64,000 bases of DNA. It comes from Lama glama (Eukaryota). The translations under genes and the position numbers were made by a program. The notes below the pieces were generated by a model, which ran no database searches, was not told the DNA's origin, and saw nothing but the letters and a program-made list of their open reading frames with translations. Of this stretch, positions 24,891-38,507 are shown in pieces. Position 1 is the stretch's first letter; each line of letters begins with the position of its first letter. The stretch is from positions 10,170,001-10,234,000 of the forward strand of contig CM052817.1 of assembly GCA_028534125.1 (NCBI GenBank). The letters are read 5' to 3'.

Positions 24891-27229
24891 TAGGGAACCA
24901 AATGAGCTTTCATTTAGTTGGGCTCAGGGTCTTTTCAGGGACTGCATCACTGGTGAGCCAGCAGCCCATGACCTAAGAGGAGGGAACCACTTGTGTCCAC
25001 TACTGGGCTTGGTGACGAAGGGCAAGGTCAGCTTCTCCCCTCTGATTCAGACTTATTTTGAAATACACCTGTGCCTTGATGATATCCACCACCATCACAG
25101 CTCAACCAAGACATCTCTAGGCACCAGGAAGTCCTGAGTGCAAAGTACAGTGTGTGATGGAGTCTGGGACTGAGATTCATAGACTTTTTGATTGCCTGCT
25201 CTCCTTGGCAGCTGGGAGCTCAAGTATCTCACCCAAGAGTAAGAATTGCCCCACTATCTTCAAATCCAGAGCTGTGTAGAGGGTTAAACTTTTAGAGTCT
25301 GCTGATGGACTCTCAAACACCCAGTGGATCCAGCTCCTGGGAACAGGTTCAAGTTAACGTGCATCAGAGCGGCTGCCTTTGGAGAACCTCTCAGAATGCT
25401 TTGGGCAGGGCCTGGGAGGCATCCCACTCCAGCCCTGGGGAAGGGCCAGGAGGCGGAGCAGCAGCAGAAGCAGGTACTGACCAAGGTTTTCTAGGAGAAG
25501 TAGGATGAGGCAGTGAGGCAGGAACCTCTCCTCGGACTGAGACTTCCTTGGAAGCCATCTAAGAGCCCAGCAGGGGACAGGAGGAGACTTGTGGTCCTGC
25601 ACTGGGGAGTCTACTGTCAGACAAGCACTTAGGTGTTCTGCAGGACTGGTTTCCCTGAGTCAGAGGGCCTGAGAGAGCAAAGATTCATGCAGTTTAATTT
25701 TTCGGCACGGTGTGAGTGACCGCTGGGAGGAATGGTCAGGCATAGTCTGTACACGCTCATTACTCACACACTCATAGTATCTGCAGCAAAGGCAATCAAA
25801 CCTATCTATGCTTGGCAGGCTCTAAATAAAGCTCTAAAGGAGAAATACTGGGAAAAAAACCCCAAAACTGAATAAAGGCAGTATCACGGGAGTATCTGTC
25901 GCCCCAGGAGGACTGCTTTGGACGCTATAGAACTCCTTGTACACAGATGCCAAGTAAGTGTATTGAGTCATTATTTAAAAAATCTCATTTGCCTACCCAC
26001 ATAAGCTGTTTTTCAGAAGCCTTAGTAATCACATTTTCCGTGCTTACATTGCTTGCTGGTGTCAGGCTCGGCTCTGTGCATTCCGCACGTATAACTCACG
26101 CATCCTCCCAGTCTTCCTGGAAGGAGTGTATTCCTGCTGTCTTCGTTTCACTTGTAAGCAGTTTGCCCAAGGTCATGCCGCCCTGAAGGGAGGAAGTGAG
26201 GTTCCAGCCCACGTACATGTTCTGGGTTTGGAGCTTGGCTCTTAACCGCTACCTCCACTGTGGCTGGTGATGGCATCCACTCACAGGATATTTTCAAATT
26301 GAAACTGACCACAAACAATCTGAAGAAACAGCTCCAATTTACCAGATAACCATTACCTTCTCCCCACCCTCCCCCACAGTGAATGCCGTGCAGATCTGGC
26401 TTAGAATTCTTAGAGACGTGTATCCAACTAGGGGTCTTTTTTGGGTAGGATCATGTAAAGGAGAATTTGTTCAAGGGATGCTGTGTGGATCGGGGAATGA
26501 AAGGGAAGCTGGAGAATCTGACCTAAAGACAGGATGGGAGGAGCCACAAACACAAATCCTGTCCGCTGTGGGCGTATAAGCAGCAGGAGTGCCTCAAAAT
26601 TTTGGGAACTGCTGCTGGAATAATGGACTCCATTTACATGAGTCTTGGGGAAAGCAATCTGATTGTCCAAGCTCAGGTCACATGCCCTTCCAGTGGTCGC
26701 ACAGAATGGAGAGAAAGGTTTTGATGGAAGGAGACTTTGGGTACTCCTGCCCTGAGCTAGAAAGTGCAGGACTTCAGCTGTGGGAAGAAGGGGCCTCTGT
26801 CTCCCCACAGCATGGGCTGGGCACAGGGTCTGAAGGGGGCAGTGGACAGAGAGAGAAGGAGGCAAATTCGAAAGCGATTCTAATAGAACACGTGGGTGAC
26901 AAAGTAAGACTGAAACTTGGGTAATAGAAGAGAGATGGGTGAGAACAAACAAGTATTTACGAGGAAGACTTACGAGGAAGTTTGCTTCCTCTTTGTCTTC
27001 CTTTATTCTTCAGGTTCTGAGCCATTGGCTCCTGCCCCAGGTATATTTGGGCAACTCTGAGAATGAAAGATTGTCTATTTCCATGTCTATCTTCTGGCCT
27101 GAAGACCCTCAAACATGGACCACTTTTCTCAAGTTCTAAATCTCATCTTAGTATGATTTTGTTCCCCAGTATTTTCAATCCCAAGTCATTTTACTTCTGA
27201 TAGAGACTGCAGCAAGAACAGTTTATCTT

Positions 27230-27780
27230 TTTAGCAGAAATGTAATTTCAGACACAGACCATGGCCCTTGATTATAAGCAAAATCAAACCTAATATTAGC
27301 TTGGATTTATTTTACTGTTAATATTATTTACTTTCTGAAAACAGACTAACCCCAATTAGCATCGTGAATTGTCTGCCCTGTAATGACCGGCGATTCCATT
27401 CTATTACATTACTGAAATCATTTGCATAGTAATTATGGTTTAGCTATATTGGTAAGTGGAATTGTTTCCCTTCTAGTAATGTGGTGCGATGGTCTCTCAT
27501 TAATCACATGGAAAACCTTGCCAGATGGCAGAATTAAGGAAGTACAGTAATACACTCCCACTGAACTCATGGTCATTTGAGGCTCGAAACCAGTGTTTCA
27601 GTTTGCTCCATCATCTTCCCTCTAATGCGTTTTAGTTTCTCAACCACTCATGCAACGGATAAACAACCTGAGTTGCAAATGTGATTGGTCTCGGGAAATT
27701 TTATTTAAAAATTCAGTAATGCAAATTACCCATCTCATCCTCCCCTCTCTGCATCTCTCCCTCCTCCAATATGATCAGTG
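27230..27780. promoter_or_regulatory. Candidate developmental enhancer / conserved non-coding element
   Basis: Repeat-free block dense in TAAT/ATTA, with two perfect octamers (ATTTGCAT 27420-27427, ATGCAAAT 27719-27726) and E-boxes CACATG and CAGATG. Confidence 0.5.
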
Positions 27781-27832
27781 AAGCCTGGGAGCAAATATCG
27801 CAGGCTATCAAGACAATTGAGACATATTTATC

Positions 27833-27858
27833 TGTGTGTGTGTGTGTGTGTGTGTGTG
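27833..27858. repeat. (TG)n microsatellite
   Basis: Direct reading. Confidence 0.95.
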
Positions 27859-28304
27859 TATCATCTCCTCTAAGTAACCTAAATGCAGTGTAGGGAATCT
27901 GAGCTTGCATAACAAAACAAAGCAAAACTGGGACTTAGCCCTCACCTTACAGAAAGATTCTTTTAAAAATGTCTTTGAATCCCAAGAGCCCAAGGTGCAA
28001 TTAAAATATTACTTAATCTCTAGAGTTTTAATTTTTTTGAAACATTAATTCAACAAAACAATCTGCATTCATGTACACACACCACATGCATGCACACACA
28101 GGCACAGACACTCACGGATGCGTATACATCACCTGAACATTACCCAAGGTGGGAAGGCATAATGGAAAGAAAGCAGACACGGAACCAGGAAGGGGTGGTC
28201 CGTCCTTGGCTATGATTTTGTGGAAGTCGTTCTATCTGTCTGACCACTTGTTTCCTCATCTGTGAAACAGCAATAATAACCTATCAGTATTAGTTGGGAT
28301 AATA

Positions 28305-28524
28305 CTGTGTCCTCACGTGGCCTTGCTTCTTGGAGAGAAAAAATATCTTTGATGTCTCCTCCTCTTCTTACAGAAAGTCAGTCTGTTGGATTAGGGCCCC
28401 ATCCTTATGACTGCAAGTCCCTGTTTTTGAACAGAGTCAGATTGGGGGTTAGGGATTCAGCATACGAATTTGCCTGTGTGTGTGTGTGTGTTGCAGAGCT
28501 GTGGGACACAGTTCAGTCCATAAC
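28305..28524 (-). mobile_element. MaLR LTR fragment (MLT1A/B-like)
   Basis: 'ctgtgtcctcacgtggcc...ggattagggccccatccttatgac...gggacacagttcagtccataaca'. Confidence 0.8.
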
Positions 28525-29268
28525 AAAAGGCCTAACTGGACTTCCAGGCATACTTCTTTCTTGTTCAAGCCAGTTGGAGTTACAGTCTACAGTTACTTGC
28601 AGCCAAAACCCTCCTAAGTGATAAAATTATCACATTAAAACACCTTTACCTGAAGAGTTCAAATTGGATGCAGATTTTTGTGTTTATGTATATTTTCAGA
28701 ACTACCATAAGGTTACAAATGGACCTCTGACCTTGAAAAGAGTAAAAGTCACTGATGGACTGTCACAATCTGGGTGAACAGCCTCTTAGTCATCTATTTC
28801 TCTTTGATCCGTCCACATCGGGCCTGTAATCTCCCTTCACATCCAAGGAATGTAAACGAGTGAAGCTGGCAAATGTAAAGCAAAGGACACTGATGATAAT
28901 ATTTGGGACCTGGAGAGCTCATGCCCCCTCTGCTTCCAAGGACAGAACCATTTCTCAAATCCACTCAGTTGTCCCTCGTGGAAGACAAGAATCTGGATTA
29001 TCATGCAAAAGTCTCCAATTATTTTAAAATATTGCTTAGGCAAACAAAATGGTTATCATGTTAAACATAACCCTTGGGCTTCCACATTTCAACCACTGGT
29101 TTAAAATTTTTAGAGGAAATTTCAGACCAGGTAACAATAACTCCTTGAATAAAAGTCACAGAATGTGGCCTTATTAATGAATCATTGTAAAATCTCCTGT
29201 CTCAATTTCTTGTGCTCCAGCATCCAGCACAGTGTTTGACTTAGAGCATATCCTCAAAAATATTTTCT

Positions 29269-29702
29269 TTTCTTTTCTTTTTATCTTTTTAGTTTTTTAA
29301 GGAATCTCCATACTGTTTCCCACAATGGCTGCACCAAACCACATTCTCATCAACAGTGTAGGAGGGCTCCCTTCTCTCCACACCGTCTCCAGCATTTATT
29401 GTTTGTGGGCTTTTTAATGGTGGCCATTCTGATGGGTGTGAGGTGATACCTCATTGTAGTTTTTTTCTCTGTTTTTTTTTCTTTTTTTAAAATTAAAATA
29501 TAATCAGTTTACAACATTGTGTCAATTTCTGGTGGACAGCGTAATGTGCCAGTCATACATATACATACATATATTCCTTTTCATATTCTTTTTCATTATA
29601 GGTTACTACAAGATATTGAATATAGTTCCCTGTGCTATACAGTAGAAACTTTTTGTTTATTTTATATATAATAGTTAGCATCTGCAAATCTCAAGCTCCC
29701 CC
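29269..29702 (-). mobile_element. Bipartite L1 insertion within an L2 tail
   Basis: An ORF2-end piece (29290-29465) and a 3'-UTR plus tail piece (29466-29700), both antisense, bracketed by aaatattttct (29258-29268, 29703-29713). Confidence 0.88.
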
Positions 29703-29919
29703 AAATATTTTCTAATGAGTGAATAAATTAGTGACTACCTTAAGGACTCAAGAGTCAAAGCATTGCTTGTATCCTTTGTTCCCTATGCTGTTTCTTATTT
29801 CTTTGCTTTTTAGGGAGATCACAAAATAACAAAATAACAGTAACAGTATAACCCCTCACCTCTGTGGTACTTTACAGTTTACAGAGCACTTTTGGGTAGA
29901 GCATTTCAGTCAGGAGAGG

Positions 29920-30173
29920 TGGTCACTGCAAGAAAGACGGGCAGCATCTTGTAAGCACAAAGGGAAGAAGCATTAGGAAGAAGACTTTGCTGAGACCTGT
30001 GGGGTGGAGACGTGGCGAAATCCGTGGTCCTTAATGACATCACTGAGCCACTGAGGGTACCATTGCCTGCATCGTTGCCTGTCCATGGACTCCCATGTAT
30101 ATATCCTTCTTATTTGAAGCAGTTGAGTTTGGGTCCTCCACTAATTACAGCTAAACCCCTCTTAAGTGATACA
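29920..30173 (+). mobile_element. Old MaLR LTR 3' part (MLT1J/K-like)
   Basis: 'gtccttaatgacatcactgagccactga...ttacagctaaacccctcttaagtgataca'. Confidence 0.6.
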
Positions 30174-30348
30174 ACTATCGTGTCACGGAGATCTTACCTG
30201 GGGGGATCTTTACCTGGGTGATTTACTAGAGGTAAGGAATAGATGTTAAGCAAGGGAAAAGCTAGACTATCTCTTGGACAAAGTTAGCAAGAGGTAGAAA
30301 CGTGACTGAAATTGTTTCTGACTCCAGCCTGAAGTTCTCTACACTACT

Positions 30349-30495
30349 AGAAGAGTGGGCAAACATTATGTAAAGTTCAAAATAGTAAATATTTTAGGTT
30401 TTCAGGCCTTAGGTTTCTGCCACAGCTGCTCAACTCTGCAGCTGTAGTGACAGCATCAATGAACAACACATAAATAAACGCTGGGCTGTGATCCC
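30349..30495 (+). mobile_element. MER58A-like hAT-Charlie MITE fragment
   Basis: 'ggcaaac...atagtaaatattttaggttttcaggcc...ctgctcaactctgcagctgtagtg'. Confidence 0.8.
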
Positions 30496-31599
30496 GCGTG
30501 TGTTACAGATGAAATGAGGACTCCAGTCCCAAGTCCCCTTGTTTCCTTGGCCTATTATTCAACAATAACTTTGAAAATGATATTTATATACTGGGAAAAC
30601 CATTAGCCTGGAAGGTAGGAATCTTAGCTTCTTTTCCTGGATTTCTGACAATCTGCCTGGTGATCTTGGACAAGTCTTTTTGCCTCTCGAGACCTCAGTT
30701 TGTTTACATGCAAGTTGAAGGAGGTGCAGAAGGAGACTGTAGATGTCCTTTCTAATTCCCAATCCCTGTTTATTTATTTCTCTTCTTCACTAGAGAGTAA
30801 ATTCATGGAGGGTGGATACCACACCTACCTTGTTCATCATTTTATCCCAACACTGAGCAGCAATGTTCAGTAGACCAGTGGGCACCCAATTAAATCTTAC
30901 AGAACACGTAAATGAACTTCAACTCCAGGTCAGTTTGCTTCAGTGGCCATTTTTTCCTCCATCAACTGGTCTCTAAATTCCTTTCATTCTTTGGTTCTGT
31001 GAGGCAGCTACAGAATAATAATGGAGTGAGTCCTAGAATTGGTGTCAGGATTGACTCTTTTCTGCTTGCAACTTGGATAACGACTCTGAACCTCAGTTTC
31101 CTTATCTCCAAATTAATAAAATAATTTCCACTTCATAGATTTGTAATATTGAGTAAGTTTGACAATTTATGTGAAAATGCTTTTGTAAGCTCAAAAATAT
31201 GATATGAGCTATGATTAGAATGATACTGAACATTGTAAAGTTCTTGGCATAAGCAGTGAGTTCTAGGTTTAATTTAATTTTATATCTATTAATAATAGGC
31301 ATCTTGAATTATTACTGAGATGTAATGATGGCAACAATCTTCCTTAGATAAAAAGTGGTTGCTTCTTCAGGCAAAATGTGAACACTTAAGACTATAAATA
31401 AATTATATCTTTTTATCCTCATAAAATATTAAAGAGAATCACTAATATTATTTTTAATTTAGAACAACTGAAAGACAATGAAAAATTCTATGCTGGGTTC
31501 TGGAAAATTAAGAAAAAGAAAAATCATTTATGTTGGAACAAGAGAAGTAATAGTAGAAAATTAAACATTATGAAAGAGTATATTTTAAAAGCCATCAGT

Positions 31600-31713
31600 G
31601 GGAGAGGGTATAGTTCAAGCAGTAGAGTGCATGCATGAGGTCCTGGGTTCAATCCCCAGTACTACCATTAAAAATAAATAAACCTAATTACCTCCCCTAG
31701 CCAAATTAAAAAA
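31600..31713 (+). mobile_element. Camelid SINE (vic-1 type) with a short internal deletion
   Basis: gggagagggtatagttcaagcagtagagtgcatgcatgaggtcctgggttcaatccccagt...aaataaataaacctaattacctcccc plus poly-A; TSD aaaagccatcagt / aaaagctgtcagc. Confidence 0.9.
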
Positions 31714-32519
31714 AAAAGCTGTCAGCCATAATTCAATTCAGTTGATTAGTAATGGCACTGGTGAGAGGTCACACTCTGCAGAGCATGTCCTACTAATGTT
31801 TTAAAAATCTACTAGAAGGGTCTGAGAAAAGATATGTAGGTATTGTTAACAAATGAAAAGACAGAAGGAAAAATAGTGAATCTAAAAAATCTTTTAGAGA
31901 AGATTGCGAATTTCACAAAAGCAGAGAATAATGTCATGAAAGGGTAAAAAGAAGTTTTTGAATATAGGTGTATTACAAAGATATTTCTTTAAGTCAAAGG
32001 AGGTAGAAAATGTAAGTTGACTTACCAAGATGACTTTCAACACTGAGATGTCTTTATTACAAGGAAGAAATGACATATACAAATTTTATTTACATGTCAT
32101 TTCCAAATAGAGGGGGGCATCAAGGTTGGGAATACCCAGATTAATGAATAACCTAGGTTATCTCTGAAAGGTCCATAAAATGAAATTTCTTATCTTGAAT
32201 CTCATTTTCAGTGCTTTCCATTATATAACTGGAGACTCATTTTGACTAAAGGCCAATAATTCATGCAACAGATACATAAATGTGTTGCCCACAGTTTGCA
32301 GGGAACAGTTCTAGATGTGAAGCTACAGCAGCAAGCAGAATGGATGGGCCTTGCTTTCCCACAGCACCTCATCTCAGGTGTTCACTCATTGGCCAATTCC
32401 CTGGGGAGCTTAGTCTTTCCCAGGACTTGAAGTTCAAAGGAGGAAAAGTCGGCCACAGTCCCAGCCTTCTTCGTCCATACAGATGAGTGAGGATAGCGCA
32501 GCCATCAACTCTAGCCACT

Positions 32520-32720
32520 GCTTATGGGGCCAGACACCGTGCTCAACAGCTACGTTTTATACTAATTCTCACAGCACTCCGATGTTAATGCTAATCGATG
32601 AATGAGGAAACTAAGGCTTAGAAATGGTAAAGCAAACTGCCCAAGGTCATATGGCTCACAAGTGGCAGTCCTGGGGTTCAAAGCCAAATCTCATTGACTC
32701 AAAGGCAACACTCTCACCTA
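32520..32720 (-). mobile_element. MIR SINE
   Basis: 'atgaggaaactaaggcttagaaatggtaaagcaaactgcccaaggtcatatggct'. Confidence 0.75.
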
Positions 32721-32989
32721 CTCTGCTGTTCCACTTCCCGTTGCTGAAACTATTTCTGGGAAATGAGAATGGAGAGCCATGGTGGCTGATGTAATTTTCT
32801 GGCTACGCTACCATTCACTAAATTGACAGGGAAGAAGTAAAGCAAAGAATTTATCTTTGGGGTCTAACATTTATTGAATATCTGTTAGCTTCAAAGTAAT
32901 TTACATACAGGATCTCATTTAATTCTTTCAATATCCTTATCAATCTCATTTTATAAGTATGGAATTCATTGTTTCGGATAGAATAAAAA

Positions 32990-33126
32990 TTTTTTTGCTT
33001 GTTTTTTTTCTTTTTTTAAGGGGGGAAGTAATTAGGTTTATTTATTTTAATAGAGGTACTGGGGATTGACCCCAGGACCTTGTGCATGCTAGCATGGGCT
33101 CTACTGCTGAGCTATACCTTGCCCCC
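32990..33126 (-). mobile_element. Camelid SINE (vic-1 type)
   Basis: Antisense copy: poly-T, 'gtaattaggtttattt...gtactggggattgaccccaggaccttgtgcatgctagcatgggctctactgctgagctatacc'. Confidence 0.9.
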
Positions 33127-33159
33127 TAGAAATGCTTTTAACTAAAAAATTCTGAAAAA

Positions 33160-33587
33160 CTGCCTATGGTAGATGAAACCAGTAGGGGTATGTTTTTCTC
33201 ACATAAGTTTGGTATTGACTCAGGAGTTCAGCAATGTCAGGGTTGGCATCTGTGCAATTCTCTTGGCCTTCTCATGACTGCAAGATGGCTGCCACAGTTT
33301 CAGCCATCACAGCTGCACTCAAGGCAGGAGGAAGGAGAGAGAGGTATGCTAGGTTTGTTGTTGTTGTTGTTGTTTTTTAATTAGAAGAGTGGAATATTCC
33401 CCGGAGGCACCCTCCAGCCCCAGAAGACTTTCATTTACATGCCAGAACATTCTCATGTGGCTATATCAAGCTGCAAGGGAAGTTAGACAAGTGAACATTT
33501 AGCTTTCCATTCATGGCAATGGAAGATGGAAAAAGAGACAAGAGACGAAAATAGATACTGGATTGGCTAAACAGAGCATCTGCCAGA
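33160..33587 (-). mobile_element. Old MaLR LTR (MLT1J/K-like)
   Basis: 'ctcatgactgcaagatggctgccacag...agctgcaagggaagttagacaagtgaacatttagct'. Confidence 0.7.
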
Positions 33588-36500
33588 GTGTACCAGAGAG
33601 GCTGAGTAACTGATACAATGTCACAGAGCCATTCAAACTCATACCTGCTGACTTCCAAAGGGTATGCTTTCACTAAGTCACCGGTCCTGGTTGGACTCTC
33701 CTAACAATCCACGGCAATGCCTTCACAGGGAAATTAATAGACAAGATGAATCCAATAGCCATTCGTCTCACAGCCGTGGAGTTGCAGTTATGAAGTTCTC
33801 CATGAGGGGCCACATGAGCAGGTGTAGGAACTGGCTTAGACAAAAGAAGTACCTGGAGTGGAGGTGTTCACCTCCCCAGGTGTCAACCCCTCATTGAGTT
33901 CTCCCTGTTCCGTAACTGGTTTTCCAAGCCAACATGAAGATTGTTAGAACTAGATAAAAGAGAAAGCTCACGTAGAAATGAATAGCCAACATTTATGGAG
34001 CGCTTAGCGTCACACGCTGTTATAAGACTTTTATATTTTGTCTCATTTAAACCTTATAACAACCCTAAGGGATAGAAACTATTATTATTTCATTTTTCTT
34101 TTTTTTTTTTAAGAAACGGAAAAAGAGACACAGACTGTCCTGAGTCAGACAGCTGTACGTGGTGGAGCTGAAATTCCAACCTACCATCTTAGCCATATGA
34201 TTTAATTGCTCAGTGCTGCCCCCATGGCAGAGTGCCAGTGGGTCGAAGAAGCTGCACCTGTCATGGAGAATACCTCCTCCAGTTTCTCACCAGGCCCCAA
34301 ACCTCCTTCAACAGCAGACAAATGCTGCCATGTCCCAATAATAAGAATTAATTAAATGGATGTAGTTCTCAAAGCAACCCCTAGAAGTAGCTTTGGTTGG
34401 ACTATGATCATCTGAGTAAAATCAAGTCAGTTTTATAGGAGAACTCAGGTAGTAAGCACTGGAGGTGGAACTAAAACCCAGGCCATTTGATTCCGGCCTG
34501 AAGGACCCAGGGAGGGAGGCTGGAGATGCCAAAGGTAGACTTTGCCAGTTTCTAACTTGGGCTAGAAATAGTATCAACAATTGCCTGGATGGGGGTTGGC
34601 ACGTGTGCCCTACCAATTTCCCCCTTGCCCGGGCATGGCAGGCATAATTAATCGATGTGCTGGGATTCCAGCTCTGTCACTGACACGGCGCTCCAGGCAA
34701 CCACTACCATTTAAATGCTGTTCTGTGAAATCACACCTCGTTGCCATCCCTACTTTGAAGAGTCAAAAACATCACTGCAGGTTCTTGGTCAAGAAAAGAA
34801 GCATAATGAGAGAAATACAAGAATATTCTTAGAGTATTTGGGCGTTTTACTAAAATAGCTAAGCTCAGTTTCCTTATTTATAAAACGAGAATAATAGTGC
34901 TTGCTTCAGAAGGCTGCTGAAGGATTTAAAGCCATGATCCCCACCTAATATTTGGCAGGTGCCTGTTTCCTACCTTTATTGTCAGTTCTAGTTGCTGGGG
35001 AATTACTGCCTCCTCACAAAATCTGTAAGTACCAATGTAAGGAAAAGACAGATCTGGTCTCTAATTTGGTTCCCAATAGAGAACCAAATACACTCATTCA
35101 TTCATTCATTCATTCATTCGTTATTGAGTGGCTCCAATGTCCAGGCACCTTGTTTGACATGGGAAATACAATGCTGAACAGACAGTGGGGTTTGACGTCA
35201 GCCTCTTGGGGTGATACCACCGTGTAACAGAGGACTGATGAGGGTTTTTCTTTACCCTCTGCTGCCAGTGACTAGGACCCAAGCTGAAGACAAAGAAGTA
35301 CAGAGTATATCCTGTTGTAAAGAGAGATCCAACCTCGACTGGGATCTGATGGCTCCTGCCAGGAATTACGTAGATGTGGACAAAGCCGGCTTTCCCACTG
35401 TTAGTCATGCTTCACCCCTTCAGCTCAGTGCAGGGCTGTTGGTCTTGCAGGGAGGAGAAGGACCCTTGCCTCCCCCAGATCCCCATGCAGCGGATGCTTT
35501 TAGAAACTCACGTAGGGATCAGAGATGTCTGATTACCATCTTGTTCCCCCATCGGTCGCTTGCTGAAGGGCAGCAGAAACCTGGTGCTGCCGTAAGGGTG
35601 GAATGAACTGTGGTGATGTGCCATGTGGACGGTGGTGACATGTCACGTCTCCTAGAGGCACACATGATCAAAGGTCCCGTGAACTGCTTTTGCTTCTACA
35701 TTCTTGAAGGCAAGAGGCTTGCTGGAGCCTTGTGTACCAGCAAGACAGGTACCTGGGAGGAAAAGAAGGAGACAAGCCCTTGCCCCCGTTTCCTCAGAGG
35801 GTGACCCAGAGGATGGAGAAGTGGTACTCACAGCCCTTCCGGCTCACTTGAGGGAAACAGTAGTTAGAGGGTGAGGCAGGAGCAGAGGGGCTCAGTGAGA
35901 GGACACCCGCTCAGGAAGGGGGCTGGGCATCTCCCAGACACCACTCCCTCCAAAAGTATCTCTCCTCCTTGCTTCCCATTAACCCAGGGAGAGCAAGCCC
36001 AAAGAGAGGGAGAGAAAAGGGTTTTATGTTTCAGGACTGACCACCTTCAGGGCTCTGAGAAAAGAGTGGACCACGCCCCAGCCTTCCCTCCTCATCCCTA
36101 CGCCTCAGTTGGATAGTGGTGAAGAGGATGTAGAGAGAAGACTGATTTTAAATTGTGTTTAAGTCTGAAGTTTGAAACTGGTTTGGGATTTTAATAACAG
36201 AATGTGCTTAGAAAATTATGGAATCTGTCCAAGATTCCTTGGACATGTCTGCTCCTAAAAGAGTTCAAAAGACAATTTAATCAGTGTAACAGAAGGCAAT
36301 GATTGTAGAAAAGTAGTTGCTTCAGGTTTCCTTGTTTCCATCCCACCCAAAGGATGCTTCTGGTAACTGGTGTGTAATGAGTCATTGCAAAACCGAGTAC
36401 CAGCTGTAGGTGGAGCTGTGCACTGTTTTCAGAACCGCATCATTTTGAGATGGGGGAAACCTGGAGCAGTTGATGCTGAATTTTTGCTTTTTTGGGATTA

Positions 36501-37844
36501 TCTGCAACACTGTAAAAATATGGCTTCCAAGGCAACAGAATCTTGGCGAGTCCAATTCAGGAGGTCTGTGTGAGTTCCGGTGATGGAGATACAGCCGGTC
36601 TCAGGCTGTGATTGAGAACTGCTGCCCTCAGGGGGCTTCCAGCTCACCTGACATGGCCACGGGGAGACCGGCCACCAATTCTGCCTGGTGAGTTTGTTTC
36701 CTACTCTCTTGCAGAAGCAGAATCTGTTAGTTACGTTTGTTCACGAGACCAAATGCTGTCCTCAAGAAGTTTATATGCTCCATTTTAAATGTCTGTAAGT
36801 TGGGGCTGCCTCTTTTGATGACACCTTAACTTTGGTTGGGATAATCACAAAAAAGACTCCAGGAGCTGAGGACAGCCAAGGAGTTTTGTTCTCCTTTTAG
36901 TTCTTTTTAAGTAAAACTTCAGAATCTGTACTTCTTCCTTTTCCTAGATGACTGTGTGGGGCAGTAGAGAAAATATTTTTATGTTTTCACATGGGTAGGG
37001 CTTTCTGAGCAAAGAAATCTAACACTTGGATGAAAGGACCAGTCTGGGAAGTTAAAGGATGATTGGAAAGCCCAGAGACCTCAGAAGGCTTCTTCCTCCA
37101 TGTGTTTCATCTCAAAGGGGCATGATATCCTTGGTTATAAACTCCAGTTTGTCTTCTCTATCCCCTGGAGACAATTACTTAAATTTCAAAGGGTAAAAAT
37201 CCAGGAGCTTTCCCCTTCTTTTGCCAAAGGGAATACATACACATTAAGGAGATGAGGCTTCCCTCCCCTTCTCTGGAGTGTGGGGGGAGATATGCTTATA
37301 TGCTCCCAGATTCATATCGTCAAGGTTCCTTCCCTGTGGTTGAGCATCTCCCTTTGTATGTACGCGGGGTGGGTGGGGGGCTCTCGCTGCCTCAGCACAG
37401 GAGGGAGAAGAATGAAGTGTGAGGAAGTGAATGCAGGTACTGCTGTAAGTAAATAATAATGATCACCTTGATCAGAAACTTCACGTTTACATTCAGGATA
37501 ATATAAAGAAATACAGGTATTAAAACCTTCTCAGCTGGGAGTCTGAAGAGTGAAATATTTTACTCACTGATAGGGGCAGATGGGTTGCCTAGACTTAGAG
37601 CTGAGTCCCTTTGAACACAGTGGTGTCGTGTCTGATGTAGGAATGAGGTGGCAGTGAGAGGACAACTTCTGACTCCGTTTTTTTGTTTCCATCAGCAAAG
37701 AAATAAAGAGCCCATAATGATATCTAATCACTATCATCCTTTGCCTTTTGGGAGACATTTTGTGTTTATTTGGCACATATAGCATTCAGGGGTGTGCTGG
37801 TGAGTGTTTAAACACCAGCTCTCGGGTTGGGGGGAGTGTCTTAA

Positions 37845-38076
37845 TTCCCCTCCGCTGATAACCATAAGTTTGTTCTCTATGTCTGTGAGTCTGTTTCTGT
37901 TTTACAGATAAGTTTATTTGTGTCTTTTCAGATTCCACATATAAGTGATATCCAGTGGTATTTTTCTTTCTCTTTCTGATTTACCTCACTTCGAGTTACA
38001 ATCTCCAGGTCCATCCATGTTGCTGCAAATGGCATTATTTATTTTTTATGGCTGAGTAATATTCCAGTGTGTGTGT

Positions 38077-38128
<52 letters not shown>

Positions 38129-38507
38129 ATCTATATCTATACCTATATATATCTATCTCAAATCTTCTTTACACAATCATCTGTTGATGCACATTTGGGT
38201 TGTTTTCATGTCTTGGCTATTGTAAATGGTGCTGTTGTGAACATTGGGGTGCATGTGTCTTTTTGAATTACATTTTCCAGATACTATATGAGTTACAGCT
38301 ATACAATACAGTGATTCACAATTTTAAGTCATACTCCATTTATAGTTATTATAAAATATTAGCTATATTCCTTGTGTTATACAATATATCCTTATTGCTT
38401 ATTTGATGCATAGTAGTTTGTATTTCTAAATCCCCTATTTCTATCTTGCCCCTCCCCTGCTCCCCAGTGGTAACCACTAGTTTGTTCTCTTATCTCTGTG
38501 AGTCTGT
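37845..38507 (-). mobile_element. Two adjacent L1 3'-UTR fragments with an internal (TCTA)n
   Basis: Antisense L1 3' UTR at 37845-38280, including (TCTA)n at ~38078-38157; a second 3'-end fragment of another subfamily at ~38285-38507. Confidence 0.9.

Noticed and set aside
24172..24893. Several overlapping 80-155 aa ORFs
   Set aside because: Expected in GC-rich DNA; open on both strands with no recognisable domain.
35820..37510. Possible ancient LTR remnants
   Set aside because: LTR-like texture, but I could not define termini or a family from sequence alone.
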